DNA of 63,977 nt, counting the filler, from Atractiella rhizophila (taxonomy: Eukaryota), in NCBI GenBank assembly GCA_021432655.1. It is 10 parts of 10 records of this genome, joined end to end, with 100 filler letters (N's around TTAATTAATTAA, not from the genome) between each part and the next. Parts side by side here need not be neighbours in the genome. Positions count along the whole stretch, not along the records: positions 8,108 to 16,110 come from MU272179.1; positions 16,211 to 24,205 come from MU272180.1; 8 more parts are not named here. The stretch is one strand, 5' to 3'. Numbering within the stretch: position 1 is the first letter of the stretch; each line of letters opens with the position of its first letter. Below, one piece after another: positions 10,571 through 23,905 of the stretch. The notes below the pieces were generated by a model. The model worked only from the letters and a program-made list of their open reading frames with translations. It searched no databases and was not told where the DNA came from. The translations under genes and the position numbers were made by a program.

Positions 10571-11648
10571 TACCGTCTATTTTATCTTTAGGGTGGGGAC
10601 GAGGGTAACGACAGGCGAAGGGGACGCAAGGAGGGAGTTGATGAGGGAGTCGACGAGGTAGACGAGCGGGAGAGAGGGTGTCGCAGCGGACGGGTGGAGG
10701 CGGACGAGGAGGGCGTGTATGCGGCAGAGGAGTGTAGGTGTGGTTGCAGTTGTAGTCGTAGTTTCAACGGCAGCCTACGACGGTGGCACCTACACGACTC
10801 ACACGACTAGCTGACACGCAAACATATATCGCTATCCCACCACGCACTTGACAAACTCAACCGCTTCCTCTTCCTGCAACCCAACCTTCCCTCCCACCTC
10901 CTGCTCAACCATCGTCTCGACCAACGCCGATAGCTCGTCGTGTAGAGACATAGGAGAAGGCGACCCTATGTGTCGCTCTTGCTGTTCAAGCTTCCTCTCT
11001 ATGTCTCGTAGGAGTTTGACGAGAGAGAGACGAGGTGTGGCTTTAGTAGTAGGCGAGAAGAAGAAGGGGAGAGAAGGGAGATGCGGTTAGAGAGGGAGAG
11101 GAGGGATCTTGAGAGGCGGAACTAGGTAGAGTTTGAGGCAGAGGATGTGGTGGAGGCGGAGGAGAAGGAGGCGTGGGGGTAGAGGCAGGAGGTTAGCTGG
11201 TAGGAGAGGTAGGAGAGGGAAGGGTGTCGGTTTAGGTCGCACGTCCCTTCCTATCGCGAGCACTTGCGACCCGGTGAACAGCTGGAGCGCATAATGATGC
11301 TCCTCCTCTATGAAAGGAAAAACCTCTCTCTTCTCCCTCTCCCACCCACCTACGTGCGATACAACGCGCTGGAAAACCTAGGACTAGGATATAGCTTGCC
11401 AGAGGAGGAAGAGGGAGGACGGTAGCCATACTCGCAACTTTTCTTCTCCTCTCGCCTATTTCCCTTTCCCTTTCGATCTCTACTTCTTTCGGACCTGAAC
11501 CTACCTTGTTCTCCTCTCCTCCCCTATCTTTTATCCTAGGCAAGACAAGATCGGCACGAGGGGGTAGAAAGAGGACGTGAGGAGGCGGCAGCTGAAGAGC
11601 TCCTTCTGCACGCTCCCTTTTCGCACCTTCTCTACCACAGTCAAAATG
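10571..11648. CDS. CUE3: 5' part of the CUE3-like gene, readable only as the complement left to right (MADKIEIPPLL...RIRSVLAVLPHLSPALLRRRLLEEDVRGKSVEEMVSVL)
   Basis: The complement gives ATG at 10571 and 359 open codons ending in a CUE-like domain. The final C joins TG at 8849-8848 (minus strand) to give in-frame ...VSVLLEEEE. Confidence 0.85.
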
Positions 11649-12930
11649 NNNNNNNNNNNNNNNNNNNNNNNNNCGCTATATACAAACGCACAGTCGATCA
11701 GCACACGCAGCACATTGGCCAAGAGGGAAGCATCAGACGGAAGAAGAAGATGCGGATGATGACGTCGGTGTGGAGCAGAGAGAGAGCAGCAGTATGTGCA
11801 GGAGGAGCAGTAGCGCACCTGCGAACGCGACGCTCTCGCACAGAGAGCCCAGCAGAGGGAGCAGCACAGAGAGTAGTTGAGGCACGAAAGCAGCGCAAGC
11901 GGACAGCAATGCGACCAGGACTGCGACCTCCACCCTACCTGCCAACCCAACTGTACTGACTCCTTGCGCCAGACGAAAACAGCTCACGCAACACACAATG
12001 CACTATATACAAACGCACGAGTCGACTCAGCACACTCAGCAGCCACGTGAATACAGCATACGACGGCAAGTTTAAGGTTGAGATGACGGCAGTGCTGGAT
12101 GCGAGTGAGACTGGGAACGTTGAATGTGCATAGTGACGACAGGCCGGATGTAAGCAGGAAAGACCAATGAGGAGATAGACAGGCGACGCAGATGGAAGAG
12201 AGGAGGGAGCAATGCATAAGGGAGGAAGTAGTAGAGGAAGGAGAGACAGAACAATCGGACAGCAGCACGGGATGCAGGACTTGGATTTCCATATGACCTG
12301 AACAATGATAACTGAGAGAAGAGGTCTTGCGAAAGACAGGGAATACCCCTCAGTAATAATAATGCACTTTTGACTGACGAGTTGACTCGATTTCGGGAGG
12401 AGATCACATCACGTGCAAAAAGTACACCTGGATGGATTTTATGGATTTTATACAACGAGCAGGGTGCAACATTTTTAGAAGAGTTGTCGCCCCTACTCGG
12501 CGTCGAGGACGCTTCGTGGAAGTAGTCTGCGTTGATTGGCGAAACGTAGCTAGGATCACCTCCTTGGCGAGTTGGAAGAAAACAAGGCGAAGATCGAGTG
12601 GTCCTTGGAGGCTTGTTAGAAGCTTTGAAGAAGGGGAAGCTATCATTTACAAATTGCAAGGATAGAATAGTTTTTAATCCATGATTTCCATCATCCGCAA
12701 GGGAACATCTCTCGCGCATGCTGCACAATGAGGCATCAGTATTGCGTCTCGATAAGCTAGCCAGGTGCAGCATGCACAGCAACATCAGTCTTGTAAACGT
12801 TAGCAGAATTCATAAATAGTACTGGTGTCTGCATTATGGCATTATGGTATGTACTGCGCTCTGTTGTCCTTAAGTACTTCTTGCCGTACACACACTGTTC
12901 ACAAATACCTTCGATATAGCGACTGAGTCG

Positions 12931-15488
12931 TCACAAATCTTGTCGGTTTCTCGCTCTCCACCTCTCTCCATAATAGAAGAGCCAAACGGGAAATGGAATA
13001 CCGAGCACAATAGCAAGACCTGTCCCCAGCAATGAGTTCTGTCCGTTCATTCCATCCACACGCACCGGCGAGCAAAGAGTTCCCACCCCCCAATCCTAAC
13101 GCCTCAAACAGCTTGTCTCCCCACAGTGGGAAAGCGAAGCCGAAAAGAGAACGAAAAAGCTAGCCACTAATCAATTTCATCCCCGAAGAGTGAAGACGCA
13201 AGGCTGACAGAAGCGGCTGCTGTAGCAGAGGCAGCAAATCGGAAAGTGTCGACAAGGTAAAGTTGGATAGGTAGACTATTCAACCAACGTGAGCAATAAA
13301 ACAAGCGTGAAGCAAGAACTAACAAAGTTGTCATCATCCCAAAACCAAATATACCTTTCGAAATCAAATCAGTTAGATGCTGTTTGATGAAGAAAGGCAC
13401 GATCTTTACCTGAACCGATGATAGGTAGAATCCAATGCGTTTTGGCATCCGCTGACCAGCCGTACCAAAAGAGTCCGATGGCTGAGTTTGAATTAGCAGC
13501 TTCTAGCAAGGCGAAATAGATTGATGAACGTACGCACGAAAAAGCTACCGACAAGTAAAGCCTGCATACAATCGTCAAGAAAAGAGCATCTCATCTCAGC
13601 GCAGAGAACTCACTGGGATACGATATTCAGGCTTCCCCACACCACCGTTCTTCTTGGATAACTGTTGAACCTCTTCAACTTGGCGTTGAGCATCTACCGG
13701 AAAGACTTACATGAGCGTATATTGCCGCCGCCGTCTTCGCTCCGAAAATGGCAGCAGAAAAGAATCCTATGCCTAGTCCGAGGTAGGTAAGCCCAGTAGA
13801 GCCTGCTTTGAAGCCATATGTCTCTCCAAAAAAGGATCCGAAGGTGGTGAACATCAAGTAAAAGATCCTGCGAATCGGAAAACACCAGATGAGAAAACGG
13901 AGCAGAACCATCGTTCAGTACTCAACACTCACCCGTACCTAAAAGCAACTTCAGACAGGCGGGTAAGAAGAACGTTTGGGACATACATAAATGCCATGTA
14001 TGTGCTCAGTAGGAAACACACAAAGTTTCCAAAGAGCAACACGACTGGCCGCGAGATATTGACCCAGAACAATCGCAACTATCAGCCTATATCAGCTCTG
14101 GAAACATTGGAAGCATTTGATGAGGCCAAGCGAATGGGGTCTCACTTTGTCCTCCTTGTCGATTGAGAATTCGGGATAGGCTTTTACAAACTGTTCCATC
14201 TTCCCTTCCCTCTTCGCGATCCTCATTCTGATTACTGGGGCATAAGTTTCCGAGAGGAAAATGACACCAATCACTGCCGCAATGGCCGAAGCACCTTTTT
14301 TCCTCCTTCAGTTCAGGATTCTGCAAGCGAAGATAAAGATAAGATAGAAGGTAGCTGACCGGAGACCACGACAAATGTCCATTTCACTCCCACCCCTTGA
14401 GTAATATATCCTTCAGGGCAGTCAGTACAAGCGACGACGACAAAGTGTGAGAGTAGAACCTCCTGCAATCGGTCCGATCACGCCTCCTAGCAGAGGACCC
14501 ATGGCGTAACTGCCATAAAATTTAGTTCGCCCCTAATGTCTGAGCAACAAGGAATTACACAGCCATTGCTCCAGCCCTCGACTTCTCGTCCCACAGATCG
14601 GAAATCGTGCCACCTCCGATACCTGCAGCCGCCGTCAGAACAGTCTTTCAGAATGGTGCGACGAACCAACTGGTGCAGAGCCAGCGAAGCCAGCTGGCGT
14701 ACAACATTTTCGTGAGCAAAATCAGTGGCAAAGAGAGAAGGGACAAACCGAGAAATCGCAGCCCAATTAGGCCACCCACAGAATCGGTGAAGCCGCAACC
14801 GACGTTGAAGCCACAAAAGGCAATATTCGCGATATGCAGAACCCAGGTACGACCGTAAATCTCTACAAAGACCTAATCAGCCTCTCTCTGCATTCATACG
14901 AAAGAGATATGTACCAGAGAGTGGACCGAAGATGAGTGGCTACAAGATTCGAGGTCAAGTTCACTTTAGTGACATAAATAAGCAGCAAACGAACCCCAAT
15001 AGCCAGTGCAAGGAGAAAAATGCATAAAGTGAGAGCAATAACTGTTTGATCTCTCAACTCGTATTTTACGGCAATTTCTGGTAATCCAGGAGCCATCATT
15101 GAACTTGCTATTTGCGTTGTGTCATTTCGGTTCTCTTGTGCGAAAATGGAGCCTGAAAGCTCACAGATGGGACCAATGAAGGTGTACATGGATACCTATA
15201 CTCCGAAATTTATGTCAACTCTGCAAAATTATAGGGATAAGAACAAGAGCATACGACAGCAGCTGCCGTCCACTTCCTGGCATTGGCCCAATTACGTGCA
15301 TTCTTCGGATTATTCTCCCAATCATCATCTAGGATATTCTGCTTCTCGCCGTCAGATGGTACCGCTGTTTTCGTCCCTTCCTCCGCATCACGAAGTGTCT
15401 CCCTGTCGTCCTTCAAGTCCTGCTCTTGCGTCTGAGGAGATTTCTCATCACGTGAACTAGCCTTCTCCAAGCTTGACCTTACGTCCAT
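12931..15488 (-). CDS. MFS multidrug transporter, DHA1 family, multi-exon
   Basis: Exon peptides WENNPKNARNWANARKW, ASSMMAPGLPEIA, LSETYAPVI, GKPEYRIP, GLFWYGWSADAKTHWI, QLYLVDTFRFAASATAA, GGGNSLLA; stop after GERWRARNRQDL. Confidence 0.9.
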
Positions 15489-15819
15489 CTTGATCGTGTA
15501 AACTCATGCAATGGATCGTAGAAGGACAGAGAGAGGAGCAGCTTGTACATATAACCTCGGATGGGGCACCCAGATCCGTCACGATGAGCAGTAGTTGCTT
15601 GGTCAAAGCAGCAGTAAGATGCCGACGGAGAAAAGTCATTCCGGTGGATGGTCAAATTTTGGGAATATGTGATGCATGAAAGCGTGGAGGACACGAGAAC
15701 TCCTTCTTCATGAATGTTTATGGTGAAACAAGCGTACAGGATATTCTATTCCACTATACTTTCAGACAATATCTTGAGAATTGATACACAATTCTTCACT
15801 TCATCGTTAAAGCAACACT

Positions 15820-16110
15820 TCATCTCGATTGTCCGTGGTACCCATATCCCTGCTGCTGTGGTGGTTGGCCGTATGGCGAGTACGGTTGCTGTTGAGGGGG
15901 AGGATATGAGCCTTGTTGTGGAGGGGGAGGTTGGTGCATCGGGTATTGATACTGGGGGTATCCTTGTGGCGGAGGAGGGGATGTGTATTGCGACGGCTGT
16001 GGTGGGTGTGGTGTCGAATATGACGTTTGGTATGACACCGGTGTGGATGGCGGAGGCAATGAGGTTTGCTGCACCGGCGGGGGAGGAGGCGGGAGGCCAT
16101 AGGATCTCTG
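15820..16110 (-). CDS. 3' end of a Pro/Gln/Tyr-rich protein (truncated by contig end)
   Basis: Open frame to the contig edge encoding PPPPQGYPQYQY...GYGYHGQSR*. Confidence 0.6.
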   Translation of the reverse strand, partial: QRSYGLPPPPPPVQQTSLPPPSTPVSYQTSYSTPHPPQPSQYTSPPPPQGYPQYQYPMHQPPPPQQGSYPPPQQQPYSPYGQPPQQQGYGYHGQSR

Positions 16111-16782
16111 NNNNNNNNNNNNNNNNNNNNNNNNNNNNNNNNNNNNNNNNNNNNTTAATTAATTAANNNNNNNNNNNNNNNNNNNNNNNNNNNNNNNNNN
16201 NNNNNNNNNNTGCCACATCTTAGGCATGTATGTATTTCCGACTTCTAATTTCTCTGCTAACAAAAGATATATATTGTGGCAAGAGAAATGAAATGGATGT
16301 TCAATGTCTTTGAGTGCGATTCCACATATCCGCAAGTTCTCTACCAAATTCACAGAGCTTGACCGTGAGCGAATCTCCCTATTGTCACGAAGGTACCAGC
16401 TGTAATGGCTCCTTTCTAGATGCCTTGGAGCGTTCCTAAATGAATAGCCTAGCAGTTCGTGCCTTACCTCTTATCTTTCACATTATAATCCAACGTCCTC
16501 ACTGGGGATTTCTTCTTAATTATATCGAAGAACTGTATCCTGTATCATTTCTTCAGCGGTTCGAGTTCTTTCTACAATATCAGGTCATCAGTGTAGGCAC
16601 TTATGTTGGTTCACGTTGGTTGCAGAATTCGTTCCTGTCAATAGTTCTCCAATAATCTCTTTGTATGACCAAAAGGATCTTGCTCACTCGAGTTATCTAG
16701 TATAGCTTCACAGAACGACTGTTGCTACTTGCCTCGTCAGTCTCATTTACAACCTTTCAGGCTGAGCTGAATTTGACTAGGA

Positions 16783-17800
16783 CTTCGGAGACGAAGCTTA
16801 CGATTTCATGTGTAAGTAACATCTTTGTTGGTTTCACATAGTTCTAGTAACGCCTCCTCGTAGAAATGGATCATGTTCCACACCGTTAATATGGAACGTG
16901 AGCCTCCCGGTCCACTCGTCAGCCTTTTTAACCAAAGGCATTAGGCGTGTCATCGTAATGGGATAGGTCAGAGCCATGAGATGAGAGGACATGTTGAAGG
17001 AATGGGGAAGGCAAGTGGGTCTGAAAATGTTGGGCTTCGACGAAGTGTGTTGTGCTCCGTTTTTTCTTCTGAGGTGAAAATCTGACTCGAAGGTGTCACC
17101 AGTCGAAGCTTTAGGCGCCGCCAATCCCTTTCCTCACATCCCTCCGAAGCCAGAAGATATGGTCTCCATCTGCTACACATCCGGAACGACCGGTACCCCA
17201 AAAGGCGCAATCCTCACGCATGCCAGCATCACCTCTGTGGTTCTTGGAAACCTGCAGTTCGTCGTGCTTTTGTACTAGATGGATCATGACTTCACAATCG
17301 TGTTCGTTACAGCGGCGGCATAATCACTGCTGAGGACGTTGCGCTCAGTTTCCTCCCTCTCTCCCGCATCTATGAACAGTTCATCGAGGAGTTCACAATG
17401 TGTGAGTCCCTCATCTTTCATCCCTGCCCTGAATCTTCAGCTGAGGCGACACGCAGGTATTGGGCAAAGCCATTGCTTTTGTTTCCTGCCCAATCCTCCC
17501 TAGATGTCCGCTCGTACACTCCGGCTCGTCAAGGACATGCAGATCCTGGGTCCTACCGTTTTGGTCGGCATGCCTCGTATCTTGAACCAGTTGTATCAGG
17601 CTGTCAAGGTACGTCGCCTTCCATCAGAGGTTGGTTGCAGTTGCTGATTTGGACACAGTTTCAAACCCTGGAAGCACCAGGCGTCAAAGGTAAGCATCCC
17701 AAAATAGAGATATCATGAATCTAAAGAACGTACCAGGCAAACTCCTGAACCACATTATCGATAAGAAAATTCACAATCTCCTCCGCTCGGCTCCTGACAT
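16783..17800 (+). pseudogene. Long-chain acyl-CoA synthetase, internal fragment
   Basis: AMP-binding motif ICYTSGTTGTPKGAILTH, then SFLPLSRIYEQ and PTVLVGMPRILNQLYQAV with short introns; no N- or C-terminal exons are evident. Confidence 0.75.
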
Positions 17801-19417
17801 CTCCATGACAGTTGGTAACAATGGGACGTTGTGCGGAGCACTGGAGGCTGGAGGAAATTAGCGGATGGGAAATCGCGAAGGGGATGCGAAGGGAGGCAGA
17901 AGGGGGATGCCGAGAAACAGGAGGAGCGACAGGGAGAGAAACAGGCTGTAGTAAAGGTGGTATACGAAAATTCAAGTGATTTGAACCAAATCTCAATGTG
18001 CTGGTGCCATCTGGGAGTTGAATATTTAAGAAATTGTCAGACCTTGAAAATTATTATTGTAGATTTCATGCTGTCGCTTCACCGTTTTTATACACTCTTT
18101 CAACTGTTGTCAAGTAGGAACAATCTTTGTTCAAGCATTGTCGAGCCATAAAAGCATTGCCAAGACGTGCTTACTTGGCCATCACTGGCTGATGATTAAT
18201 GCATTATCTCCCGAGGATGGTTGAACTATGGTTTGTTCATTGCCCAAATATTGTCAATCCCGGACAATGGTGCTTGGTCGACGTCGATGATTTTCACGGT
18301 TGGCAGTGGTTAGACAAGGATCTCAAAAAGAGCCCTGTTCCGGCTCCCATCCATGTCGCGATTCATCGTTGTTTTGGAGGATCGAAGTCAGAACATCCCA
18401 GGACAACGCTGAAGTAGACATATCAGTCAGGTCAAATCTTGAGAAAGTAACAATTCCGATGGAGTGCGACGGCGACAGTAGAATAAATCAAGTACACTTG
18501 AGATTGCAGCTTTATTTCTTATGTAGACATGACATAAAGTACTGGCATGATGTTTAATTAGGAAACCTATGATCGACAAGACAAGACAAAGAAATCTTCA
18601 ACCGGAGACCAACGCAATGCAGTTGACGATACCGTAGTGTAACGTGTGAGTGGTCATAAGTACTTTACTTCTACTGTCATGGTGACGGACTATTATATAG
18701 AAGGAAGGATATCAGTGAAAAAAACAAAACCGAAACCGAAAATCATTCATCAGGCTTACTCGTCGCTCGATTGATTCGATGGTTTGAATGAGAGAAAACA
18801 GGAAAGAATGGAAATATGCTTGAATCCAGTTCAAGCATTGAGACAGAGATATCGCTTCGACAGTGACACGATACTGACTATCGTCGAAACTGGTTACCTG
18901 CGGGTGACTGAAAAACACGGATGAAACGCTGAAATTTGATGTTGAAGTTTGACGCTCACGCTATATTCATGATCCTTCAACGCGTGATCCAGGTCGGCCA
19001 TCTAGACTGTACAGGTCCTCGTCCTTTCTCTCATCCTAGGAAACGGACTGGCGTCGATGATGGGTGAATGGCTCGTCCAAGTTTTTCGCCTGTGCATTTC
19101 TTGCGCCAGAGATGCCTTGAAGGCAGGTGTGGAACTTCGTTGGTAATCATGGTTTGGGATGGAGATAGGGTCCTTAAAAGGAGGCAGGAGAGGGGATCGG
19201 CGGCGTTGGTGGGGGTGGCTGTGTTGATGGACAGAGTGATTAGTGATATTGATCAAAGGATGATCCGACCTCGCAGCCTCTCGATATCTCGATTGAAACC
19301 TCGACTGAACGGGGGAGGATGGGGGAGGGGGCGAAGACGTTGGAGTGGAATAAAATACGACTTTCTCTCCTCTCCGTCCATACGACTTCTTCCTCTCCCT
19401 TCCCTTCCCCTTCACTT

Positions 19418-21117
19418 TCATTTTGCGGGAGAAGTGGGTCCAGTGAGGGATCTTTCCATCGTTGGGGACGCATTGGGCTTTACGATTCCTGATGGACGTC
19501 TGCAAGTAAATGACGGTGAGAAAGCTCGATCTGGGGAGGATTGTGAACGTTCCATGTCAGTTGAGACGAGGGATCCATATCCTGCGACAAGTGGGCTCTG
19601 AACATAATTCGTACCGACCTTTGAGGACAGTTTCTGCAAAATACCCGAATCGGTAAGCTTAGAACCCCAAACTGACCCGCGAGAAGAGTGAAGGCATGGA
19701 GGAACTCACGGATCCGCTAAAGCCCATCGCACCATTCCCGCCTTCGATGCCAACAGAGCCGACTCCGATCCCCAAGCCCAGTCCAAGTCCCAACCCAAAC
19801 CCCAATCCGACGAGTCCACATGAATCCGCTTCTCTCCTCTCGTCATCAAGTAGTTTCTGCACCATCCGCCCCTCTCCCTCCTCTTTCACCACTGCCAGGT
19901 CCTTCAATGGATCCTCTTCCTTCAAGCCGTATCCTGGGGTCGATATCGCTGAACGCAGAGCCGGAGAGGAGTGACAAGCGGTTGGGGTGGGAGGAGACGG
20001 TGTGGGTAAGCTAGATCTCGATGCCGGAGATGGAGTGAAGATGGTTGACGTTTCCGTCTTCGTTGTACTCGGGGAGGGGCAGGGATCATCCTCATCATCA
20101 AGAGGCGAACCATCCTCCTTCAACTGAAGTCCCAGACCTAAGCCGGAGCCGGAGCCCAAGACCACGCCCAAGCCCGCGTCAGAACGGGATGTTTGCTCCT
20201 CCTCCCAACAATCCTCTCCCTCTCCTTCTCCCACGATCTCCCCATCAAAAACGGTATGAATGACCTCCAACCCGAGCGAGCTCCTCCCCACTGGTCTCCT
20301 CTTCTCCTTCGGCATCCTTCCCACCAGGACCCTCTTCTCGAAATCGGGCGTGGGGAACTGTCCAAGCTGCATGGCTCTACGGGTGAACCATTCGTGGTTG
20401 TGGAGGCTGTAGCGTATGGACTTGGACTTGTTCCTTTGGATCACTGGGGGGCTCGGAGACGGCGGAGAGGACGGGGAGGAGGGAGTGGGGGAAGGGATGT
20501 GGAAGATTGGATTCGTCAGTGGGATGGGGAGTGGGGAGAGGTGGGCGGCGTAGTCGGCATAGATTGGGTGAAAGGTGGGCGAGAGGAGGAGGCGCATCTG
20601 AATCCATCATTCCACAGTAATAGTTAGCAGCTGTGTTGATGAATGGAAAATACGGTACCTTGATTGCGCTCCAACTGCCAACACACGCATGCCACACATA
20701 CATCGACACCCTCCACCCGCCATTCTCCATCTTCCACACTTCACACGGAAACAGTGGCGGAGGCGCGTCCTCTTCTCCCTCATACGCATATCCTATCACC
20801 CTAAAGCTCCCGATATGTCCACCCTTCAAGTTGCCGTCGTGAGGCGACAGAATGAATGTGACGTTAGGCGGCCAGATAGCCAGCAGGCGGGGTGCAACGG
20901 CGTGGATGGGTACGGGCGAGGGGTGGGTGGAGAGAGCGTGGAAGGTGGGGGAGGATGAGGCGATGTAGCATTGGCGGGAAGAAACGAGGCAGTCGTACCA
21001 CGGCGCGTCTGGGCGGGGGGAGGACGGAGGAGAGGGCGTGGAGGGAGAGTGGGTGGGGGAGGGAGTGGAGGAAGTGGAGGAGGAAGGAGGGAAGATGAGG
21101 AGGGAGCAGAAAAGCAT
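19418..21117 (-). CDS. Hypothetical Ser/Pro-rich protein, 3 exons
   Basis: ORFs starting at 21117, 20597 and 19639 join in frame through introns 20598-20658 (GTACCG..GCTAAC..CAG) and ~19634-19676 (GTCAGT..CAG). Confidence 0.6.
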
Positions 21118-22233
21118 CTATGTCGATGTTGATGATGTATGGTGTTATTGATGTATTAGGACGGAAGTAATGATTAGTCGATGTAAGGCGAATAGTTAAG
21201 TGTATAACGTAGAAATTACAGGATGAATATGTACCCTGAAGCGATAAGAAGATATAAACTGCGAAAGAGACAATAAACAAAACTCAGTCGGCTCAGAATT
21301 CAGCTCAGTCGTCGTTGTAATGTGAAACCCACTACATACAAACCTTAATTTATGACTGGTTTTCCAATATCGGGACCGAGTTGTTCAAATGGAAAAATGA
21401 CAAAGAGCATATGAGTGTCGACGACGAGGAGGAAGCAAATGGGGTGACTATGAATGGGTGAGCACTCTTTGGATTAAAGCGGCACTGCACTACGAGGTGA
21501 GCTACATTTCTAGGTCTTGTTATTCGTCTCAGTTATTTCTGTGTGGCCCAAACGGCATTTTAGTTCTCAAGACTCGATTTTCAAGGTCTTGGCGGTTAAA
21601 CTGGCTGCTGTAGAAGGCAGCGCGTGAACATTAGCCTTGACGTAGGAAAGTGGAAAGATTCCTAGATTGTTTTTCAATCGAAGAATGAACATCCAAACAT
21701 CGAATGCAGTTTATCCCACGCTCTGCTGAGCATGAAAAACCAGGAACACAGGATAGCAGTACACCTTCCACGTAACGGTTGTGTGGTTGGGAACGTCACT
21801 TACAGTCAAATAATGAATCAACCCAGCAATCACAGGAGTTCATTGTGAACTGCTCCTTTGAGCAATATGGCACAAGCCGATTTCTAGCTGTTTACTAGAT
21901 CTTCATATCTTCCTTTTACAGCGACGTTCGAGTTGGAATGTATACCATCATTTGTGGAAATGAACTGGTTTCGTTTTGGTGCATGTCCGTTATACAATAT
22001 TCTCTTCTCTGCTGATCCGAAATATCCATATTGGTGGTATGCGTGAAGGTAAATCCATCTCCTTCGCTCTCTCAGAGTCCATCAGCACTAGCCAGGACTC
22101 AGCCCATTGTAGTTCGTGGCTTCAAGTTCTAGTTGCCTCTTGGCGCTGAAATGAGGTTGAGTTCCTGATTCTCAGTTTTCACTTCACAGCTCTATCAAAT
22201 CAGATACAAGAATAACTACACTGCATCTACACG

Positions 22234-22873
22234 TCATCTCGCCACCAACTTTGATGCATTTTCGAGTCCATTCATAATGTTGACGGCCGCTAGGACCTGC
22301 ATATAAGCACCCGCGTGATCGTAGTATTCTCGAGGCATTTCATTCAATAATCCAAAGATGATGCCGCCAGCCCACCATGGAGACAGACATAAATGGTCAA
22401 CTGAACGAGAACCTGCCCATCTAAGTTCTTCAAATTGGCCCGCTCGAAATCGCCACATCAGGCGATTTCGATCTGGCACGGCGTTCTGATCCCCAAAAAA
22501 GTGAGATTTCGCTGTGCGTTCTTCGTCCAACAGACTGTGTAAGGTGTCTACCTCTTCTACAGTGAAAAATTCGGGAAACACGGCCGCCAGAAGAATCTGG
22601 CGCACTCTACGAGACCCTAGAATGGGGACACCGTCGCGTCGTTGCCAAGTAATGCCTGATAAGACTGTGAGCATCAGCTAAAGCTTCACAAGGCCTCACA
22701 CTTTTTTCTTGCTTCCTATCCGACGACAGCTTGCGCTTTTCACCTGATTTATTTACCCCCTGTCGAAGAATCAGTTCATGTTGATGTGATATTACGGACC
22801 ATACGTTTTGACTTGAAAACTGGTCCTTCATGCAACACGGCGAGCATTGAGTGAAGCTCTCGCATTTGGTCAT
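22234..22873 (-). CDS. Hypothetical protein, probably 2 exons
   Basis: Two adjacent ORFs (88 and 146 aa) with plausible splice signals between them; no motif recognised. Confidence 0.35.
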
Positions 22874-23905
22874 GGTTCATGATTTTCTATATTTCCCTTG
22901 ACATTTATATATACCAGTAAATTCAGTCGTCGTGGCTATTAGGGCACATTCAGAATGGAGCGATACTAGATCGGCTTGGCTGACTCTGTTGCATCGTGTC
23001 AAATGCGGTAGTGACTCACCTGTGAACATTTCTGCTGGTGTACCTTCAGCTCTCCAGAGCTTAGAATCCTTCTTTATGTGGAAATATATTGATGCTGACA
23101 GCTATAGCCGTTCCTGGCCGTTCTACGTAGTTCCCAACTGAATCGACAGGCACGTGACCAGAGTGCATTGTTTGTGGTTTGTGGTTTGTCGTCGAATAAT
23201 CAATCAAATCGAGTCAAATCGAGAATTTCGTTTTATACTAGGTCATCACGTAGCGTATCACATCATGCAGCAATAAGCAATATTCAAATGATTAGAAACA
23301 TAAATGCCATCTATCACTCAGCCCCATCTTCCCAACGACGGGAAGGCACGAATGTTTCGTTGAACTATGTGTCGTGCTGAACCGCCTTATCATTGAGCTC
23401 TGCCTAATCACATAAGGACGGCTTACGATGCAAATTACTTCGAGGCCTTTCTGGACCATAAATGGGTTCCACGCCTTCTCGAAAGCCATACTGGTTACCT
23501 TCAGCCGGATCTGCCCGGTATTGAGCAGTCCTCTTTTCTTGAACCCGTTCCCGCAGATCTCGATCGTAGCGGCTTCCCCTTGGCCTCGGAAATGTGGAAG
23601 AAGTCCAAGGATATAGAGGAGCATCATCTGCTTCATAGTGAGGATGCAAATTCGGGTCATGGAGACTGCCATTTTCCAAAGTGACCACCGCTTTAGGAGC
23701 CACCCTGCGAGACTAGTGTTGGTGAAGGATCTTCAAGTGCACGGCGAGAGAGACAAACGAACCATCTCTTAGATTTGCATTCCGACCACCATTCCAAAAT
23801 TCCGACCTTATAGTGAAAAATTCTCTCACCAAACAAAACATCCCTTCCTACAACCCAACCTCCTCCAAAATTCCACCCTCATCCTCCTCATACCAACTCT
23901 CCCAG

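Larger units (their letters stand above)
8850..11648. other. Mirror-written segment (reversed, not complemented) preceding a 25-N gap
   Basis: 8850-~10108 read backwards equals + strand ~12402-13654; e.g. 8850 TCTTCTTGCCACCACACCCCTTCGGACTTATAGC is the reverse of CGATATTCAGGCTTCCCCACACCACCGTTCTTCT at 13621-13654. Confidence 0.95.

Noticed and set aside
8894..11648. Six-frame ORFs inside the first mirrored segment (e.g. 10255-10518, 10848-11090, 11232-11543)
   Set aside because: They are translations of reversed DNA; the real reading frame is in the complement.
7692..17800. P450 + MFS + acyl-CoA synthetase as a secondary-metabolite cluster
   Set aside because: They lie on three different concatenated contigs, and no backbone enzyme is present.
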